Below are positions 60,026-64,000 of a stretch of DNA of 64,000 nt, one piece after another (the stretch's first letter is position 1; each line of letters begins with the position of its first letter). Made by a program: the position numbers and the translations under genes. Source of the stretch: Kangiella sp. (lineage in GTDB: Bacteria > Pseudomonadota > Gammaproteobacteria > Enterobacterales > Kangiellaceae); NCBI GenBank assembly GCA_048266925.1, contig JBLWYL010000001.1:537235-601234 (forward strand), given 5' to 3'. The notes under the pieces are model-generated. The model saw nothing but the letters and a program-made list of their open reading frames with translations. It did no database searches and was not told the origin of the DNA.

Positions 60026-60044
60026 AATGAGAATTAGTTTCAAT
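60026..60044. promoter_or_regulatory. Possible Fur box upstream of the ABC ATPase
   Basis: AATGAGAATTAGTTTCAAT, 4 mismatches to consensus. Confidence 0.45.
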
Positions 60045-60087
60045 TAGAGTTCGATTAGTACTGTTAAGGGCAGATAATTCATCTTCT

Positions 60088-61158
60088 ATGAGCGAATTTA
60101 GCGACCACCCTATTCTGCAACTGAACGACGTTCAGTGTCGCCACGGCGAACAAATCATTGTTAACCACATCAGTTTTAAACTCAAAGCCGGTGATAGCGC
60201 CTGCCTTTTGGGTCCCAGCGGTTGCGGAAAAACAACTCTATTACGTGCTGTTGCCGGGCTCGAGCCTGTGTATGAAGGTTTTATCAGCATTCATGGTCAA
60301 TTTTGCTCAAAGCCTGACTTCACCCTACCGCCGGAAAACCGTCATTTAGGGTTGGTATTTCAGGATCATGCCCTCTTCCCCCATTTAGACATCTTCGATA
60401 ACGTGGCCTTCGGTTTACGCCATTTACCTCGTAAAGAGCGACGTGAACGGGTGCAGGAGTGTCTCGAGCTGGTAGGCCTGGAAGCTATGGAGAAGCGCTA
60501 TCCTCATCAATTGTCTGGTGGCCAGCAACAACGCGTTGCCCTGGCACGCAGCATAGCACCGCGCCCTGAGCTAATCCTGTTGGACGAACCTTTCTCCAGT
60601 CTGGATACCCATTTACGGCGCTCTTTGGCACGCGAACTGAAAAGCCTACTGAAAGAACAGAACATCGCCAGCCTGCTAGTGACTCACGATCAACAGGAAG
60701 CCTTTGCTATGGCTGACTACATCGGGGTCATGCATCAAGGTCAGTTGCTGCAGTGGGATACGCCCTACAATCTCTATCACAAGCCCGAAGATGCCCAAAT
60801 CGCTTCCTTTATTGGTGAAGGTCATTTCATCGCGGGGCAGATTTCAGATCATCAGCACGTCAATACCGTACTCGGCAATTTCACCATCGCCAATGGCCAG
60901 AAATTCACGCCAAATGACAGCGTTCTGGTGCTGATGCGCCCTGATGACGTCAAACCTAATATGAACTCGCCCTTACGCGGAAAAGTCACTCACAAGGTCT
61001 TTAAAGGCGCGATCATTGAATATGAGCTGGAATTAGCTAATAAAGAGCAATTAAAGGCGATTTTCCCCAGCCACCATGACTACCCATTATCACAAGATAT
61101 AGGGTTCGACCTGGATGTGAAGCACTTGATCGTGTATCCAGATCACATTTCTTTGTAA
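60088..61158 (+). CDS. ABC transporter ATP-binding protein (FbpC/PotA-like, probably Fe3+)
   Basis: [41 protein letters not shown]-like C-terminus. Confidence 0.85.
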   Translation: MSEFSDHPILQLNDVQCRHGEQIIVNHISFKLKAGDSACLLGPSGCGKTTLLRAVAGLEPVYEGFISIHGQFCSKPDFTLPPENRHLGLVFQDHALFPHLDIFDNVAFGLRHLPRKERRERVQECLELVGLEAMEKRYPHQLSGGQQQRVALARSIAPRPELILLDEPFSSLDTHLRRSLARELKSLLKEQNIASLLVTHDQQEAFAMADYIGVMHQGQLLQWDTPYNLYHKPEDAQIASFIGEGHFIAGQISDHQHVNTVLGNFTIANGQKFTPNDSVLVLMRPDDVKPNMNSPLRGKVTHKVFKGAIIEYELELANKEQLKAIFPSHHDYPLSQDIGFDLDVKHLIVYPDHISL

Positions 61159-61265
61159 AATTTTTAACCAACTCAAAAAAAATGCAAATATGACTTAAAA
61201 CGCTTGACCTAGCGCAAGCCCAAGCCCCGCAAGGCCTCGCGACTTACCCACCATTTGCTAACAAT

Positions 61266-61274
61266 TTATCCACA
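61266..61274 (+). promoter_or_regulatory. DnaA box
   Basis: Perfect TTATCCACA in the nrdA promoter region. Confidence 0.7.
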
Positions 61275-61281
61275 GAAAATT

Positions 61282-61361
61282 CCCCAAGATATACTCTTGC
61301 CAAGCGCTCAAAAACGCACTATCTTGTATTCATTGCGACAGCAACTAACTATATATAGTGA
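61282..61361. promoter_or_regulatory. Three NrdR boxes at 32-bp spacing
   Basis: CCCCAAGATATACTCT (61282), ACGCACTATCTTGTAT (61314), TAACTATATATAGTGA (61346) vs acaCwAtATaTwGtgt. Confidence 0.7.
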
Positions 61362-61463
61362 ATCAAGAAGTTCGTCTAACTTGTTGATTCTCTGTTATCT
61401 CAGTCAAAAAATGAACAAAAAACAGCCAATCGCCAATAATGCAAAGAGGTCTGTGGAGGAATA

Positions 61464-64000
61464 ATGGAAACCGAAGTCAGCAAACCTGAACAATCAGCTG
61501 CCAAAACACCAACTAATACACCATCTCGTCCGGAAATCGAAGCTACCAAACCTGGTGAGATTCGTGTTATTCGCCGTAATGGAAAAGTAACGCCTTATGA
61601 CGACAGCAAAATCGAAGTCGCCATGACCAAGGCGTTTCTAGCCGTCGAAGGTGGAGCAGCAGCAGCATCAAGCCGTGTACATGAAACGGTACGTCAATTA
61701 ACCAAGCAAATCACTGAAGCATTCAAACGCAGAATGCCAGGTGGCGGCATCATCCACATTGAAGATGTTCAGGATCAGGTTGAACTGGCCTTGATGCGCA
61801 ATGGCGAACAGAAAGTCGCTCGTTCTTACGTGTTATACCGCGAAGAACGTTCACGCGAACGCGCCGCTCGCGACACAGCCAAGCTTGATGCACTGGTTGG
61901 CGACAATCAGGTGATGGTAACCGTTGAAGACGGTAGCAAGCGTCCCTTAGATGTTGAGCGTTTGCATACGGTTGTGGTTGAAGCCTGTAAAGACCTTTCT
62001 GACGTTGAACCAGACCAAATTCTTAAAGACACTATGCGTAACTTGTACGATGGTGTTGCTATTAAAGACGCTTACCAGGCATTGGTCATGACCGCTCGCA
62101 CCATGATCGAGAAAGAGCCGAACTACACTTACGTAACCGCTCGCCTGTTGCTCGACAGTATTCGCTCTGAAGCCTTAAGAGAACTAGGTGTTGCTAAACG
62201 TGCCACCCAAAGTGAAATGACTGGGATCTATCCAGAAGCCTTCAAAGCATATTTGAGCGTTGGCGTTGAAAATGAATTGTTAAGTCCAGAGCTTCTGAGC
62301 TTTGACCTCGACAAGATCGCTAATGCCATCAAGCCTGAGCGCGACATGCTGTTTACCTACCTTGGCATTCAAACGCTATTCGATCGCTACTTCATCCATA
62401 AAGACGAAGTCCGTATCGAACTTCCTCAGGTGTTCTGGATGCGTGTGGCGATGGGCTTGGCGGTCAACGAAGATGATCGTGAAGCGCGTGCGATTGAGTT
62501 CTATGATGTGCTATCTACATTCCACTATATGAGCTCAACCCCTACTCTATTCAACTCAGGCACTTTGCGTCCTCAGCTTTCAAGCTGCTACCTGACCAAT
62601 GTTCCTGACGACCTCGACGGCATCTACGGCGCGATTAAAGATAACGCCCTATTGTCGAAGTTTGCCGGCGGTCTAGGTAACGACTGGACGCCAGTACGTG
62701 GCCTTGGTGCTTACATCAAAGGTACTAACGGCAAATCACAAGGTGTTGTGCCCTTCCTGAAAGTGGCTAATGACACTGCAGTTGCAGTCAACCAGGGTGG
62801 CAAGCGTAAAGGCGCGGTCTGTGCTTACCTTGAAACCTGGCACATCGATATCGAAGAGTTCCTCGAGCTTCGTAAAAATACCGGTGATGACCGTCGTCGT
62901 ACGCACGATATGAATTCTGCCAACTGGGTGCCTGACTTGTTCTTGAAGCGTGTCAGCACAGATGGCGATTGGACGCTATTCAGCCCCAACGAAGTGCCTG
63001 ATTTGCACGACCTCTATGGTAAAGAATTCGAAGAGCGTTACGAATACTACGAAGAGATGGCTAAATACGGCAAGATCAAAACCGCTAAGACCATTCCGGC
63101 GAATGTTCTATGGCGTAAGATGTTGTCGATGTTGTTCGAAACAGGCCATCCTTGGATTACTTTCAAAGATCCTTGTAACCTGCGTTCGCCACAACAGCAC
63201 GTTGGTGTCGTACACAGCTCTAACTTATGTACAGAGATCACCTTGAACACCAAAGCAGGCGAAGAAATTGCGGTCTGTAACCTGGGTTCAGTCAACCTGC
63301 CGAAGCACATGAAAGACGGTAAGTTGGATACTGAGCAGCTGGAGAAAACCGTTGCCACTGCAGTTCGTATGTTGGACAACGTGATTGATATTAACTTCTA
63401 CCCAGTAGAAACCGCGCGTAAATCGAATATGCGTCACCGTCCAGTGGGTCTTGGCCTAATGGGCTTCCAGGATGCTCTGTACTTGCAGAAAATTCCTTAC
63501 ACCTCCGAAGCAGCGGTTGAGTTTGCTGACAATGCGATGGAAGCGATTTCGTACTATGCCATTCAGGCATCAACGGATCTTGCTGAAGAGCGCGGTTCTT
63601 ATGAAAGTTTCGCCGGTTCTCTATGGTCACAAGGCGTTCTACCGATTGATTCGATTGAGAAGTTAATCGAAGAGCGTGGCGCTGAGTTCATCGAAGTGGA
63701 TACCAGTTCAACGATGGATTGGGATACATTGCGCGAGCGTGTGAAAACTGTCGGTATGCGTAACTCGAATGTGATGGCCATTGCACCAACCGCAACCATC
63801 TCTAACATCTCTGGCGTCTCTCAATCAATTGAGCCGACCTACCAGAACCTGTACGTGAAGTCGAACCTGTCAGGCGAATTCACGGTAGTTAATCCATACA
63901 TGGTTAAAGAACTGAAAGCTCGCAAGCTGTGGGATTCTGTGATGGTTAATGACCTGAAATACTACGAAGGTAGTTTGCAGCACATTGACCGCATTCCAAA
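61464..64000 (+). CDS. nrdA: Class Ia ribonucleotide reductase alpha subunit with two ATP-cones (3' truncated by the window)
   Basis: GGAGGA RBS and ATG at 61464; IRVIRRNG ATP-cone and a second cone-like region, STPTLFNSG, QLSSC, NQGGKRKG, SNLCTEI, VCNLGS, IAPTATIS. Confidence 0.95.
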   Translation, partial: METEVSKPEQSAAKTPTNTPSRPEIEATKPGEIRVIRRNGKVTPYDDSKIEVAMTKAFLAVEGGAAAASSRVHETVRQLTKQITEAFKRRMPGGGIIHIEDVQDQVELALMRNGEQKVARSYVLYREERSRERAARDTAKLDALVGDNQVMVTVEDGSKRPLDVERLHTVVVEACKDLSDVEPDQILKDTMRNLYDGVAIKDAYQALVMTARTMIEKEPNYTYVTARLLLDSIRSEALRELGVAKRATQSEMTGIYPEAFKAYLSVGVENELLSPELLSFDLDKIANAIKPERDMLFTYLGIQTLFDRYFIHKDEVRIELPQVFWMRVAMGLAVNEDDREARAIEFYDVLSTFHYMSSTPTLFNSGTLRPQLSSCYLTNVPDDLDGIYGAIKDNALLSKFAGGLGNDWTPVRGLGAYIKGTNGKSQGVVPFLKVANDTAVAVNQGGKRKGAVCAYLETWHIDIEEFLELRKNTGDDRRRTHDMNSANWVPDLFLKRVSTDGDWTLFSPNEVPDLHDLYGKEFEERYEYYEEMAKYGKIKTAKTIPANVLWRKMLSMLFETGHPWITFKDPCNLRSPQQHVGVVHSSNLCTEITLNTKAGEEIAVCNLGSVNLPKHMKDGKLDTEQLEKTVATAVRMLDNVIDINFYPVETARKSNMRHRPVGLGLMGFQDALYLQKIPYTSEAAVEFADNAMEAISYYAIQASTDLAEERGSYESFAGSLWSQGVLPIDSIEKLIEERGAEFIEVDTSSTMDWDTLRERVKTVGMRNSNVMAIAPTATISNISGVSQSIEPTYQNLYVKSNLSGEFTVVNPYMVKELKARKLWDSVMVNDLKYYEGSLQHIDRIP

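Overview
Gammaproteobacterial chromosomal window. Gene order and protein style suggest a marine Kangiella-like lineage (inference only). The conserved backbone comprises uvrY-uvrC-pgsA-tRNA(Gly,Cys,Leu); thrS-infC-rpmI-rplT-pheST-ihfA-merR-tRNA(Pro,Ser); cioAB-type cytochrome bd; gloA, pyrC, rnt; ahpC, bfd-bfr, grxD; and the 5' part of nrdA. The main accessory element is an AT-rich, tightly coupled 8-gene operon (15.5-25.9 kb) just downstream of tRNA-Ser. It joins an SspBCD-like single-strand DNA phosphorothioation module (DUF4007, large ATPase, PAPS-reductase fold) to a PbeABCD-like effector module (PLD-SF2 helicase, small protein, Rad50-like ATPase, 163-aa protein). A small RHH-like regulator and a perfect inverted-repeat operator head the operon. 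No cysteine desulfurase, SspE, Dnd/SspFGH or integrase is present. Other notable items: a RAYT with cognate REPs dispersed through the window, dense REP mosaics, a 283-bp MITE between gloA and pyrC, duplicated TonB-receptor flanks that bracket a two-gene secreted hydrolase cassette, a TonB-receptor-like motif in the bait region of an alpha-2-macroglobulin, and several readable regulatory sites (Fur, NrdR, DnaA, FNR-like, RegA-like, LysR, thrS operator). All annotations come from motif recognition by eye; no database searches were run.
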